A stretch of DNA of 64,000 nt from an uncultured Verrucomicrobiae bacterium (GTDB taxonomy: Bacteria; Verrucomicrobiota; Verrucomicrobiia; Chthoniobacterales; JAFAMB01): positions 416,001 to 480,000 of the forward strand of contig CAWAIK010000003.1 of NCBI GenBank assembly GCA_963782115.1. Direction: 5' to 3'. Both the position numbers and the translations under genes were made by a program. The notes under the pieces were generated by a model that saw only the letters and a program-made list of their open reading frames with translations, searched no databases and was not told where the DNA came from. Each line of letters starts with the position of its first letter. Within the stretch, counting starts at the first letter, position 1. Of this stretch, positions 1 to 9,975 are shown one piece after another.

Positions 1-2508
1 ATCTACAAACTGCTCGGCCTCACCGTCGGGTGCATTCAACATGACCAATCCCCTTCTCTTCGCAAGGAGCAATACGATTGCGATGTCACGTACGGAACCA
101 ACAGCGAGTTCGGGTTTGACTACCTGCGCGACAACGGAATGGCGACCACAAAGGAACAGCAGGTCCAGCGCGGTTACTATTACGCCATTGTGGATGAAGT
201 CGATTCCATCCTGATCGACGAAGCGCGGACGCCGCTCATCATCAGCGGACCTGCAACGGTCTCCTCTCACCAGTACGACAAGTTTAAGCCGCTCGTTGAA
301 CAGTTGGTGCACAAGCAAACGATGCTCTGCAATCGTTTGGTTTCCGAGGCCAAAGAGTTACTCGAAAAGGGCCAGGGCGAGGAAGCCGGAAGACTGCTTT
401 TCAAGGTGAAGCTAGGCCAGCCCCGAAATAAAGGGCTCCTACGCCTGATGGAAGAGCCGGAAAACCGCAAGGCCATCGATAAATCCGAGCTTTCCTTCTA
501 TCAGGATTCCCGGAAAGAGGAACTGGTGGCCTTGAAAGAGGAGCTTTACTTCACCATCGATGAACGGCATCAGGACTCGGATCTCTCCGAGATGGGCCGT
601 TCCTTTCTCAATCCGGATGACCCAAACGCTTTCGTTTTACCCGATCTCATCACCGAGTTCACCGAAATTGATTTGGATGCGAACCTGAATCAAGCTCAGA
701 AGGACGAAGCCAAAAAGCAACGGCAGCAGTATTGCGACAGCCAGGCAGAACGCATTCACAATATCGCTCAACTCCTCCGCGCTTACTGCCTGTTCGAGAA
801 AGACGTCGATTACGTCATCGAAGAAAATAAGGTGATCATCGTTGACGAGCACACTGGACGAAAGATGCCCGGCCGGCGTTGGAGCGACGGCTTGCATCAA
901 GCCGTTGAGGCGAAAGAAGGTGTGCAGATTGACAGGGAAACTCAGACGCTCGCCACGATCACGATTCAGAACTATTTCCGCCTCTATCACAAGTTGGCCG
1001 GGATGACGGGCACTGCGGAGACAGAGGCCAACGAGTTCCATGACATCTACAAACTGGACGTTGCCGTTATCCCGACGAATCGTCCCGTGATTCGCCAAGA
1101 CAACAACGACCGTATTTACAAGACGCGTCGAGAAAAGTACGCGGCGGCGGTCGACGAAATCAAGGGTTGCTATGCCAAAGGCCAACCAGTCCTTGTCGGC
1201 ACTGCCAGCGTTGAGGCCTCGGAACTCTTAAGCCGAATGTTGAAACGGGAAAAGATTCCGCACAATGTGCTCAACGCAAAGTATCACCGGCAGGAAGCCG
1301 AAATAGTGGCCCGTGCAGGGCAGCGCGGTACAGTCACGATTTCCACCAATATGGCCGGCCGTGGAACGGACATCAAACTGGGCGATGGGGTCCCTGATCT
1401 CGGCGGACTTCACGTCCTCGGTACCGAGCGCCACGAGTCCCGGCGAGTCGATCGTCAGCTTCGAGGTCGTTGCGCCCGTCAAGGTGATCCAGGCTCTTCT
1501 CGCTTCTACGTCAGCTTTGAAGACGATTTGATGCGCAATTTCGGCGCCTCCGAAAAAATGACCTCGATGATGGAACGGTTCGGCCTCAAAGACGGCGAAG
1601 AACTCGAGCATCCCTGGCTCAACAGGAGCGTGGAAACGGCCCAAAAACGAGTCGAACAACGAAACTATTTGATCCGCAAGCGGACGCTGGATTTTGACGA
1701 TGTCATGAACAAGCAGCGCGAGGTGGTTTACGCACTGCGCAACGAGACTCTTGAAACCACCGAGCCGCGCAAGCTGATCTTTGAGATTGTCGACGAGGTT
1801 ATTCCGCTCAGGGTCCAGGAATACTTGCAACCGGCCGATGGCAGCGAACCGGATTACGACGGCATGCTGCAATGGGTAAACACGACGTTCCCCTTAGGGC
1901 TTACCGGAAGTTCGGCCCAGTTTGACACACGCGCACCTGACGAGAATTCCCAGTTTCTCGTCGACCGCATCAAGCAATCCTACCAACGGAAAGTCAGCCA
2001 CGAGGAATCTGAAGCGGTGGCTGGTCTGGAGCGCTACATCATTCTCAACGCGATCGACCGGCTCTGGCAGGAGCACCTCTATGCGATGGACGGCCTTCGA
2101 GAGGGAATTTATCTGCGCAGTTACGGTCAAAAGGATCCTTTGGTGGAATATAAAACCGAGGCTTACGACATGTTCAGCCAGTTAATGGCGGGCATTAAAA
2201 ACGAGGTTTTGTCCAATTTATTCCGGAGCACGACCAATTTGATGGCGTTCGAGCACTTCTTGTCCTCGCTCCCGTTCAACATCGCTCAGCGTCCCGAGCC
2301 TGGCCAACCGGCTCGACCTCCGGCTGGCCCGTTGCCGCGGCGGGAACATCTTGGGTTGGCGCGTAACGATCAAGGCGACAAAAACGGCGATGAACTGGAG
2401 TTGGTGATTCCCACCGCGCGAAGGGAAGCTCCAAAAGTAGGTCGTAACGACCCTTGCCCGTGTGGCAGCGGAAAGAAATATAAAAACTGCTGCGGAAGGC
2501 TGGCTTAG
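1..2508 (+). CDS. secA: Preprotein translocase subunit SecA (5' end outside window)
   Basis: Frame open from base 1; motifs [39 protein letters not shown]-terminal SEC-C zinc motif [19 protein letters not shown]. Confidence 0.98.
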   Translation: MYKLLGLTVGCIQHDQSPSLRKEQYDCDVTYGTNSEFGFDYLRDNGMATTKEQQVQRGYYYAIVDEVDSILIDEARTPLIISGPATVSSHQYDKFKPLVEQLVHKQTMLCNRLVSEAKELLEKGQGEEAGRLLFKVKLGQPRNKGLLRLMEEPENRKAIDKSELSFYQDSRKEELVALKEELYFTIDERHQDSDLSEMGRSFLNPDDPNAFVLPDLITEFTEIDLDANLNQAQKDEAKKQRQQYCDSQAERIHNIAQLLRAYCLFEKDVDYVIEENKVIIVDEHTGRKMPGRRWSDGLHQAVEAKEGVQIDRETQTLATITIQNYFRLYHKLAGMTGTAETEANEFHDIYKLDVAVIPTNRPVIRQDNNDRIYKTRREKYAAAVDEIKGCYAKGQPVLVGTASVEASELLSRMLKREKIPHNVLNAKYHRQEAEIVARAGQRGTVTISTNMAGRGTDIKLGDGVPDLGGLHVLGTERHESRRVDRQLRGRCARQGDPGSSRFYVSFEDDLMRNFGASEKMTSMMERFGLKDGEELEHPWLNRSVETAQKRVEQRNYLIRKRTLDFDDVMNKQREVVYALRNETLETTEPRKLIFEIVDEVIPLRVQEYLQPADGSEPDYDGMLQWVNTTFPLGLTGSSAQFDTRAPDENSQFLVDRIKQSYQRKVSHEESEAVAGLERYIILNAIDRLWQEHLYAMDGLREGIYLRSYGQKDPLVEYKTEAYDMFSQLMAGIKNEVLSNLFRSTTNLMAFEHFLSSLPFNIAQRPEPGQPARPPAGPLPRREHLGLARNDQGDKNGDELELVIPTARREAPKVGRNDPCPCGSGKKYKNCCGRLA

Positions 2509-2894
2509 AATTGAGGAGGACAGGAGACAGAGGTTGCAGAATAGACGCACCTGTACTCCAAGTCGAGTCTCCTGGGAAAAAGGTTGCCGAATTCGAAAGT
2601 GTCAAGTATATAACCAGGGTAACACGGGAGATCCCGGGCTTGAGGATGTCGTGGGCCCCGAATCTAATTGGGGATTCATTGCTTCGTCTCAGGCTCTTCT
2701 TTCATGGCCAGGACACTTCGGTAGACTGTTCATGGGATAGCCGAAACTTGGTGCTCACCTTCCGAGGTGCTCGAGCGCTCCCGGAAGTTGCGGTGAAGGC
2801 CTTGGGTTTTAAGGGTTAACTTCAACCCAAACTGTTCTTTCTCAGTGTGCGTAGTGCATGTCCTTCGCCTGATGAACTTCAGAATTGTGTTCCA

Positions 2895-3395
2895 ATGAAA
2901 TCTCAATCAACGCATTATTCAGGACGACGATCTAATCGGGGACGTCGCAGACGATCAAACAGCCGCGGAGTCACTTCAGTCACTCCGAAACCCAAACCTA
3001 CTTTCTGGCAGCAAATCGTCGCGTTTTTTAAGGGTTTTACCAAGCACTCTCCAAAAACTGGGGAAAAGCCGGTCCCAAGCGCGACAACGAGAGAGAAGAT
3101 TAGCAGGAAGCCCGAACTGGTGGAAGTGACTTCGCCGAAGCTTTACGTGGGCAACTTGTCGTTCGATGCCACGGAAAGCGACCTTTTCGAACTATTTAAC
3201 GGGGTAGGCCAAGTTAAGAATGCCGAGGTCGTTTGCCACAAGTATACACAACGTTCCAAAGGCTTTGCCTTCGTTCAGATGACAACCATCGAGGAAGCTC
3301 GACGCGCTGTTGAGGAACTTCACGATAAAGAGTTCCTCGGCCGCAAGTTGGTTGTCAGCGGTGCCAAGACTCCGGATATGGAGAGGGCCGCCTGA
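2895..3395 (+). CDS. RRM-domain RNA-binding protein with basic and amphipathic N-terminal extension
   Basis: RNP2 KLYVGNLSF and RNP1 RSKGFAFVQM; Arg-rich N-terminus; ATG at 2895. Confidence 0.9.
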   Translation: MKSQSTHYSGRRSNRGRRRRSNSRGVTSVTPKPKPTFWQQIVAFFKGFTKHSPKTGEKPVPSATTREKISRKPELVEVTSPKLYVGNLSFDATESDLFELFNGVGQVKNAEVVCHKYTQRSKGFAFVQMTTIEEARRAVEELHDKEFLGRKLVVSGAKTPDMERAA

Positions 3396-3422
3396 TCTGA
3401 TCAAAGTCTTTGCAGCTCGCAT

Positions 3423-3455
3423 GACCCGCGTTCTTCACCAGAGCGCGGGTCTTTT
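3423..3455 (+). terminator. Probable rho-independent terminator after the RRM gene
   Basis: GACCCGCGTTCT-tcacc-AGAGCGCGGGTC stem followed by TTTT. Confidence 0.6.
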
Positions 3456-3462
3456 GCATTTC

Positions 3463-4353
3463 ATGCGCAAATTGAGATACATGGTGCTGGCCGGCCCGAC
3501 GGCGGTCGGCAAAACCGATCTTGCACTTCGCATCGCCCAAGAACTGCAGACCGAAATCGTCGGGGCAGACGCGTTCCAGCTTTACCAGGGCCTCGACATC
3601 CTTACCGGTAAACCGGCCCCTTCGGAATTAATGGCCGTCCGCCACCATCTGGTCGGGGTTCTCCCGTTGACCGAGCTGTTTGACGCCCACAAATACGCCC
3701 TTCTCGCCCGCCAGACGATTGCCGAGCTAAATCAACGCGGAATCGTTCCCCTGGTTGTCGGGGGTACAGGCTTTTATCTGCAGGCCCTCGAAAGCGGGAT
3801 TCCGCAATTGCCTCCGGCGGATCTCGCCCTCCGGGCGAGGCTGAATCATCTGTCAACGCCCGATTTGCTTCGGGATTTGGAGACCCGCGACACAGTGGCC
3901 TCGGCTCGGATTGACCGGCACAACCGGCGCCGCATTATCCGCGCCCTGGAAGTATGCATCTTGTCTGGAAAACCATTTTCCAGTTTTCTCAAGAACACCA
4001 CTCCTTACCCGGCAATCGCCCGCATCGTTCTTGAGCGGCCTCGCCCGGTTCTTATGGAAAGAATTAACCGCCGCGTTGACGAAATGTTCGAAAATGGGGT
4101 TGTTGCTGAAGTCGCTGCCGTCGACGCAATTGGAACGACTGCTTCGAAGGCCATCGGCTTTCAATTGATCCGTTCGCTGCTTGCGCAAGCCATCGACATC
4201 TCAAGCTGCAAAGACGCAATCAAGCAACAAACTCGAGACTATGCGAAACGCCAAATGACCTGGTTCCACCGCCCGCCGTGTGATCTCGTTACCGCGGAGT
4301 CTTCTGTCGATTTCCTGATTGCGACCTTCCATCGTCGATTTTCAGAAAGCTGA
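3463..4353 (+). CDS. miaA: tRNA (adenosine(37)-N6)-dimethylallyltransferase
   Basis: GPTAVGKT P-loop, ADAFQLYQGLDILTGKP, VVGGTGFY, TRDYAKRQMTWF. Confidence 0.95.
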   Translation: MRKLRYMVLAGPTAVGKTDLALRIAQELQTEIVGADAFQLYQGLDILTGKPAPSELMAVRHHLVGVLPLTELFDAHKYALLARQTIAELNQRGIVPLVVGGTGFYLQALESGIPQLPPADLALRARLNHLSTPDLLRDLETRDTVASARIDRHNRRRIIRALEVCILSGKPFSSFLKNTTPYPAIARIVLERPRPVLMERINRRVDEMFENGVVAEVAAVDAIGTTASKAIGFQLIRSLLAQAIDISSCKDAIKQQTRDYAKRQMTWFHRPPCDLVTAESSVDFLIATFHRRFSES

Positions 4354-4447
4354 AGTTGTCGGTGACTGTGCCCTCCGCGCGAGACTCGGTCGATACGACG
4401 GAGCCAACGATCATCGAGCAACCCCTTGTTCACCGCTTTTCGGCACC

Positions 4448-5188
4448 TCACTGACACCGGCCCTGGCGGCTGACTTCTTCTTGTCGATTTGCCCGCCGCC
4501 CAGTTAACAATAACAAATCGACCTCATTCTTTCTCAACAACCGCACCTTGCCTGACCCGAGTCCCCGGTCAGTAAGCGGCCCGATTCGAACTCGCTGCAG
4601 TCGTTTAACTTTGTATCCGAGCGCCGCAAAAACCCGGCGAACCTGTCGTTTAAGTCCTTGCATGAGCACCACCCGAACCTGCCGTGGGTTAACTTTGACT
4701 ATCGCATCAAATCGTGCGCGACCCTCGGAGAGATAGACCCCCCTTTTTGCTTTAGATGAGTCTTCTGTCTGAAATTCCCGATCAAGCGTGACCAGGTATT
4801 CCTTCTCCAACTTAAATTTCGGATGGGTGATTCGAAAGGCGAGGTCCCCATCATTTGTCAGTAGAAGCAACCCCTCAGACTCCTTATCCAGGCGTCCGAC
4901 GTGAGCAAGATTCGGCAGATCCCCGGGGATCAGATCATAGATGGTTTTGCGAGATCGTTCATCAGACCGAGTCACTAAAAAGTCCGGGGGCTTGTTCAGC
5001 AGGAGATAAATAAACTCCTGGGTCCGCACCAGATGCCCATCCACTCTGACTTGGTCGGAAGGAGCCACTTGCGTCGCCAAATCAGTACTGAGTGCGCCGT
5101 TAAGCGTGACACGTCCGCGCCGAATATATTCTTCAGCTCCCCGGCGAGAGGAGATCCCTGCTAGCGCTAAGAAGCGATTCAATCGCAT
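4448..5188 (-). CDS. S4-domain rRNA pseudouridine synthase (RsuA/RluB family)
   Basis: MRLNRFLA...SRRGAE S4 domain; catalytic motif VGRLDKESEGLLLLTNDG. Confidence 0.93.
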   Translation of the reverse strand: MRLNRFLALAGISSRRGAEEYIRRGRVTLNGALSTDLATQVAPSDQVRVDGHLVRTQEFIYLLLNKPPDFLVTRSDERSRKTIYDLIPGDLPNLAHVGRLDKESEGLLLLTNDGDLAFRITHPKFKLEKEYLVTLDREFQTEDSSKAKRGVYLSEGRARFDAIVKVNPRQVRVVLMQGLKRQVRRVFAALGYKVKRLQRVRIGPLTDRGLGSGKVRLLRKNEVDLLLLTGRRANRQEEVSRQGRCQ

Positions 5189-5308
5189 GGTACGATCCAA
5201 TTTAGAAAGCCATCCGATACCGTCATTCCGATCGCCGCTTCACCAACCGCATACCTGTGTGGTCCTCGCACAGAATCGCCCGCTGCTTTGGGCTGTGCAA
5301 TTTCCGCA

Positions 5309-5464
5309 CTAGGCCTCCGGCTTCGTTTTCGGCAAACCTATGACTTTATCGCCCGGCTTAAACAACCCTCGCTTTTTTAGCAACTCCACCCTCTCAAAGC
5401 GCTTCAGCACATTTCGTTTCGTGGTAATGGTGCTTGCGCCCTTCAAACTCCGATGCTGTGACAT
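5309..5464 (-). CDS. Small basic protein, 51 aa (PVC-superphylum signature protein family)
   Basis: Not in the ORF track; read manually as MSQHRSLKGASTITTKRNVLKRFERVELLKKRGLFKPGDKVIGLPKTKPEA*, with RNVLKR.ER and GLPK motifs; GGAG upstream. Confidence 0.9.
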   Translation of the reverse strand: MSQHRSLKGASTITTKRNVLKRFERVELLKKRGLFKPGDKVIGLPKTKPEA

Positions 5465-5610
5465 AAAAACTCTCCTAAAGTGAAATAAAGGGGCGGACAG
5501 TACGCTGCAGCTGGAAAAAATTCAACTCCGGACTCCCGGGCTTCAACTGCCGCGAAGCCGTTTTTTTCCGAAGCGTCCCAAGCCACGGACCGCTGGCCCA
5601 CTGCCTTTTT

Positions 5611-6156
5611 TCAAATCAGCCCCAGCTTCATCTTGCCGGCTTCGCTGATCATATGCTGGTTCCAAGGCGGATCCCATACCAGTTCGACGTCCGCTTCGTC
5701 AACCCCGGGAATTGTTAAGATCTTGGATCTCGCATCCTGAGCAATCGAGGGACCCATGCCGCAACCTGGAGCGGTAAGCGTCATCTTGACTTCCACTTTT
5801 GTGCCGGTGGCAGGAGCGGTGACTATCTGGCAATCGTAAACCAATCCGAGATCCACGATGTTCACCGGGATTTCCGGATCGTACACGGTGCGAAGCTGCT
5901 CCCAGACATCTTCCTCATCGACATGCTCGTCCACTCTTTCAATTTTCTCCTCTAACCCGCGAGGTTCGAGGCCAAGGGCGACTGCATTTTCTTCGCTGAC
6001 CCGGAACAATCCATAGTCGCACGCAATCGTGTAGCTGCCGCCAAGGCTCTGCGTGATAATGACCTTTGTTCCCGCCGGAATTGTCGTTTTCAGTCCAGCC
6101 GGAATCTGGATTGCTTCGCAATCCCGCTTTAACTCGATTTCGTGATTATAACTCAT
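5611..6156 (-). CDS. sufT: Putative Fe-S cluster assembly protein SufT (DUF59)
   Basis: RDCEAIQIP...ITQSLGGSYT N-domain; YDPEIPVNIVDLGLVY; MTLTAPGCGMG; WDPPW. Confidence 0.92.
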   Translation of the reverse strand: MSYNHEIELKRDCEAIQIPAGLKTTIPAGTKVIITQSLGGSYTIACDYGLFRVSEENAVALGLEPRGLEEKIERVDEHVDEEDVWEQLRTVYDPEIPVNIVDLGLVYDCQIVTAPATGTKVEVKMTLTAPGCGMGPSIAQDARSKILTIPGVDEADVELVWDPPWNQHMISEAGKMKLGLI

Positions 6157-6632
6157 TTTGAAGGTCCTGGAATTATTTTCCTTTTTTCCTGCGCCGGCGG
6201 TTGCATCCGCTGCAGCAGTGTCGGGGCGACATTCTTCTCCTTGGGAGGCTGTGCATCAGGAGCTAAAGCCGACCGGAGCGCTTCCTCAACAAGTTGCGCA
6301 CAATGAATTTTTAACGGTGGCAACGAACCAAACGGAGCCGACAAATCTTCGCCACTCATCGTGAGCGCTTCTTCTACGGTCTTACCAGAAATCAGCTCCG
6401 TCGCAACGCTTGCGACCGCGATTGCTGTTCCGCAGCCAAATGTTTGGAATGTCGCTTTATCAATGACTCGCTTTCCGTCGACTTCTTTAAATTTCACCCA
6501 CATACGCAACATATCCCCACAATCTTCGCTCCCGACCGTCCCAACCGCGTCGGCCCCGTCAAGCTCACCCAGGTTTTTCGGGTGTTTGATCGCTTCCTCA
6601 ATCCTGTTGCTAAAATCATCTGCTGGATTCAT
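6153..6632 (-). CDS. IscU/NifU_N-type Fe-S scaffold protein
   Basis: HPKNLG, CGDML, FQTFGCGTAIA, KIHCAQL (three Cys ligands); ATGA overlap with sufT. Confidence 0.9.
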   Translation of the reverse strand: MNPADDFSNRIEEAIKHPKNLGELDGADAVGTVGSEDCGDMLRMWVKFKEVDGKRVIDKATFQTFGCGTAIAVASVATELISGKTVEEALTMSGEDLSAPFGSLPPLKIHCAQLVEEALRSALAPDAQPPKEKNVAPTLLQRMQPPAQEKRKIIPGPSK

Positions 6633-6636
6633 TCAC

Positions 6637-7185
6637 TTATCCCAAATGGTATCGAGGCAAATCAGGATCAACCTCTACGCTCCAGGCGTCGATGCCACCC
6701 GTCATGGACCTCACATGTTCAAAGCCGTGACCCGCGAAATAAGAGGCAGCATCCAGGCTCCGGACACCGTGATGGCAGACGAAAATGATTTCCCGATCCT
6801 TCGGCCATTCGGACATCATCTCCTGCATCAGCTCTTGAGTGAAAAACGTGGTACCATCGATGTGAACAGCATCCCATTCTTCCCGGCTGCGCACATCAAT
6901 CAATGGAACCTGCTCGCCCGCTCGCAGCCTTTCAGCGACTTCTTCTGGCGAAATCTGCGTTTTTTGATCCTCTTCGTGTGCGGCAAAAATTGTAGCGACC
7001 ACCTCTTCCACCGGCAGATTATCGTTGCGCGCGCAAACAGAGGCCAAAGTTTCGCTCTCACTGAAACCGCAGCTCGCGCAGCCTCCGATGTGGTAGGCCC
7101 GGAAAAGGGCTCGTTGAGCACCGGGGTACTCCTGAAGAAGCTCCGCCATGGTCGTATTGGGATCGATTGTTCTGGTCATGCTCAC
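6637..7185 (-). CDS. Rhodanese-domain protein with N-terminal CxxC (DUF1858-like) domain
   Basis: N-terminal GGCASCG...ETL; C-terminal LIDVR..EEW, active-site loop CHHGVRS, SMTGGIDAWS. Confidence 0.85.
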   Translation of the reverse strand: MSMTRTIDPNTTMAELLQEYPGAQRALFRAYHIGGCASCGFSESETLASVCARNDNLPVEEVVATIFAAHEEDQKTQISPEEVAERLRAGEQVPLIDVRSREEWDAVHIDGTTFFTQELMQEMMSEWPKDREIIFVCHHGVRSLDAASYFAGHGFEHVRSMTGGIDAWSVEVDPDLPRYHLG

Positions 7186-7305
7186 GATACTCAGCGTTAC
7201 ATCATTTCACCCGAAAATCAAAAAGACCGGCTCCTGATATAGTGTTCTGTCCCCGAAATAGCGTGTATTTCGGAGACAGGAGACTGCCAGAACGACCCCA
7301 AAATT

Positions 7306-9003
7306 GTGATGGATGCACTGAATCGAGGAAGGAATAGCCTCATCGCAGCCGCGGCTCTGGTTTTGTTTGCGATCCTCTACTATAGCCTGATTTATCGATA
7401 TGGCTTTAACCTGGCCGACGAAGGAAACGTCGCACTTATCAGCCAACGCCTGATGCACGGCGAACGTCCGTTCCTGGACGTTTCACCAGGATACAACGTC
7501 CTCTGGTTTTATCCGATCAGTACTCTGTTCAGGGTTTTCGGCACCCATCTGCTCCTGATGCGTGCTTATTTTTATGCCATTTCAACTGGCTCCGGACTCG
7601 TCGCTTTCTTCCTCTTGCGGCGATTGGACGCTCCATTATGGCTCGCGTTCGCTCAGGGATTGATTGTGGTTTCGATCAACGGCCAATATTTCAAGGCCTA
7701 CATCCCGTTCCTGGTGCTCTCCAACCTGTTCGCGATCACTCTCTTCTTGACCAGCCAGCGGAAGCCTCTCCTGAGTCTCGGCGCCGGTATCCTGCTCGGA
7801 ACTACCTATCTGATTCGGATCGATATCGGTATTTTTTTTACCGTGGTCTGGTTCTGCCTTATTTTGCTCCACGCCCTTCTGCTGGATCGCCATTTCCGCC
7901 TCAATTTGATCGCCTCCTGCAACCTCCTGCTCGGTGTCGCAGCGATGCATTTACCCTTTGTCTATGACGCCTACCACAGAGGTTTCCTGCCGGAATTCGT
8001 GAATCAGTACTCCAGCGTCGCAAGCCTCATTCTTAATCCGATACTGCCGCACAAGTCGCAAAAGCCCGCCGCGAACGAGGGCCCAACCGAATCAGTCCAT
8101 CTTCCCGTTGCGTCAGCCACCATCGACCAAAATCACGCAACGACCATTGAAAAATCCCCAACCCTTCTTCAGCGACGACCGTTCCAACAGATATTCCTGA
8201 AATCGCCATCGATCGAAAAGCGTCTCCTCGCCTTTCTGACGTACATCCCGGCGCTCTTGATCTGCGCGTTGCTTATCACGGGTCTTTACCTTTGTCTGTC
8301 CAAACGAATTGCCATCGATCGTTGGCTGTTATTCTCCGCGTTATTGGCTGGCTGTTTAACAGCATTTCCTCAGTTTTTCCTGTTCCGTCCCGATCTTCCG
8401 CATTTGATTGAATTCTTGAACGGAGGCCTTGTCGCCCTCACGTGCGCCGGTTGGCTGCTCTGGTCGAGCCAAGGGAAAGATCGCATCTCAGTTCCCTACG
8501 CTGTCGCGATCGGAATCGTCGGTCTCTGTTATCTTTCGCTGACCTTCCCAAACCCATACGGCGGCACCCTCTTTCTCCGAATGAATCGACACACCAGCTT
8601 TCAAGGCGCCAACGGGGTCGACGTAATCCTCAATCGCAGCGAATACGACGAGATGAACACTCTTTTTTCGGCCACCGTGTTGAACAGCACAAAGAAAGAT
8701 TATGTCGTCTGCTATCCCTATCTGCCGGGTGTGAACTTCATGACCGCTCGTCCAACCTTTCAAACGAACTTGTACATCGATAACGTGGTTCAGGCCCCAG
8801 ACTGGCAGCAGACCGAGATTGCCAAAATTCAACGGTATCGCCCGGCGGTGATTGTCATCGACGACTGGAAGATCAATGGGTCCGAAGAGTCACGCTTTTC
8901 CCATTGGGCCATGCAGATGTCCAAATTCATCGGGAGCCGCTACCGACTCATCGCCACAATCGATAACCTAAAGATCTTTGCTTTGCTGACTCCAGCCATG
9001 TGA
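7306..9003 (+). CDS. Polytopic membrane protein, probable GT-C-fold glycosyltransferase
   Basis: More than 10 hydrophobic segments; acidic ADEG motif after TM1 followed by GERPFLD; soluble C-terminal domain. Confidence 0.65.
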   Translation: MMDALNRGRNSLIAAAALVLFAILYYSLIYRYGFNLADEGNVALISQRLMHGERPFLDVSPGYNVLWFYPISTLFRVFGTHLLLMRAYFYAISTGSGLVAFFLLRRLDAPLWLAFAQGLIVVSINGQYFKAYIPFLVLSNLFAITLFLTSQRKPLLSLGAGILLGTTYLIRIDIGIFFTVVWFCLILLHALLLDRHFRLNLIASCNLLLGVAAMHLPFVYDAYHRGFLPEFVNQYSSVASLILNPILPHKSQKPAANEGPTESVHLPVASATIDQNHATTIEKSPTLLQRRPFQQIFLKSPSIEKRLLAFLTYIPALLICALLITGLYLCLSKRIAIDRWLLFSALLAGCLTAFPQFFLFRPDLPHLIEFLNGGLVALTCAGWLLWSSQGKDRISVPYAVAIGIVGLCYLSLTFPNPYGGTLFLRMNRHTSFQGANGVDVILNRSEYDEMNTLFSATVLNSTKKDYVVCYPYLPGVNFMTARPTFQTNLYIDNVVQAPDWQQTEIAKIQRYRPAVIVIDDWKINGSEESRFSHWAMQMSKFIGSRYRLIATIDNLKIFALLTPAM

Positions 9004-9150
9004 GGAGAAACGAATGATCTGTACGGTTGCGCTCCCACTGCCCTCACGATTCCCGACTCCGGCCGTTCCTAGTGCACCGTCTCGCGTATACCGCCAGTCC
9101 GGCTCGGACCGCCTTGCCGGCGGCCCATTTTGATCGCAACAACATCACCA

Positions 9151-9927
9151 TTATATGCGAGACGGTGCACTAGCCTTAAAAGGAAACTCATACATAGTTT
9201 TCTTCACTAGGCGGCGGATTCGGAAAAGATCGCAAAGCATTCCCATGCTGTCGTGCAAAACGCGTACGCGGGATGTGGGCGAATTTGTCCAGTGCACCGG
9301 CGCCTCAACCGTCGAAAAACCCATCGCTTGAGCCAACAACAAAACCTCGACGTCAAAGGAGAATCCATCAATGCGCTGGCGGCCGAAAATCTCGTTCGCA
9401 GCACGGTGTCGAAAGCCCTTGAATCCACACTGAGTATCCCGGATTTTCAATCCGGTCATTTTTTGGGTGATCCGATTAAAGAATTTTCCCATCCACTCTC
9501 TGGTAAAGTTCTGGTGCAGCAGGATGCGAGTTTCCGGGTGCTGGCGATTCCCCACGATCACGTCAATCGATCGATCCGTCCTGAATCGCTGGAGGCTGGC
9601 ATCCAGATCCTCGAGTGGCGTGCTCAGATCCGCATCCGTGAAAAAGATAAAATCTCCTGTCGCACGCAACATCCCGCTACGAACTGCAAAGCCTTTTCCG
9701 CGTTTTTCGTGATCCGTCAAGACCACGAACTGCGAGTTAGATTTGGCCGCGCTTTCGGCCAAAGCGAGCGTCGCGTCTTCACTCGGTTCGACGACAATGA
9801 TAATCTCGTTGGGAAAGCTCCACGTACGCCGATGTTCTTGGATCCGCTGAAGAGTGGCTGGTAACCGGTCCTCCTCATTGTATGCCGGAATGACTAGTGA
9901 GAGGAGAGGTCGAATCTGCTTGGACAT
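9151..9927 (-). CDS. GT2 dolichyl/polyprenyl-phosphate glycosyltransferase (DPG-synthase-like)
   Basis: LSLVIPAYNEEDRL, GKGFAVRSGM, FTDADLSTP, DTQCGFKGF, FSFDVEVL. Confidence 0.88.
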   Translation of the reverse strand: MSKQIRPLLSLVIPAYNEEDRLPATLQRIQEHRRTWSFPNEIIIVVEPSEDATLALAESAAKSNSQFVVLTDHEKRGKGFAVRSGMLRATGDFIFFTDADLSTPLEDLDASLQRFRTDRSIDVIVGNRQHPETRILLHQNFTREWMGKFFNRITQKMTGLKIRDTQCGFKGFRHRAANEIFGRQRIDGFSFDVEVLLLAQAMGFSTVEAPVHWTNSPTSRVRVLHDSMGMLCDLFRIRRLVKKTMYEFPFKASAPSRI

Positions 9928-9975
9928 GTCGCGGTCTTTGCATATATATCTGCGCCTCTTCCCTAAAGGCTCAGA

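Noticed and set aside
270..800. Large insertion in the SecA preprotein-binding region
   Set aside because: Long SecA forms are known in several phyla; no intein motifs seen
2511..2819. 102-aa ORF after secA
   Set aside because: TTG start and no motifs; more likely untranslated leader of the RRM gene
6361..7242. 293-aa plus-strand ORF and similar long antisense ORFs (e.g. 25986-26693, 28423-28821)
   Set aside because: Shadows of well-supported genes on the opposite strand; no recognisable motifs
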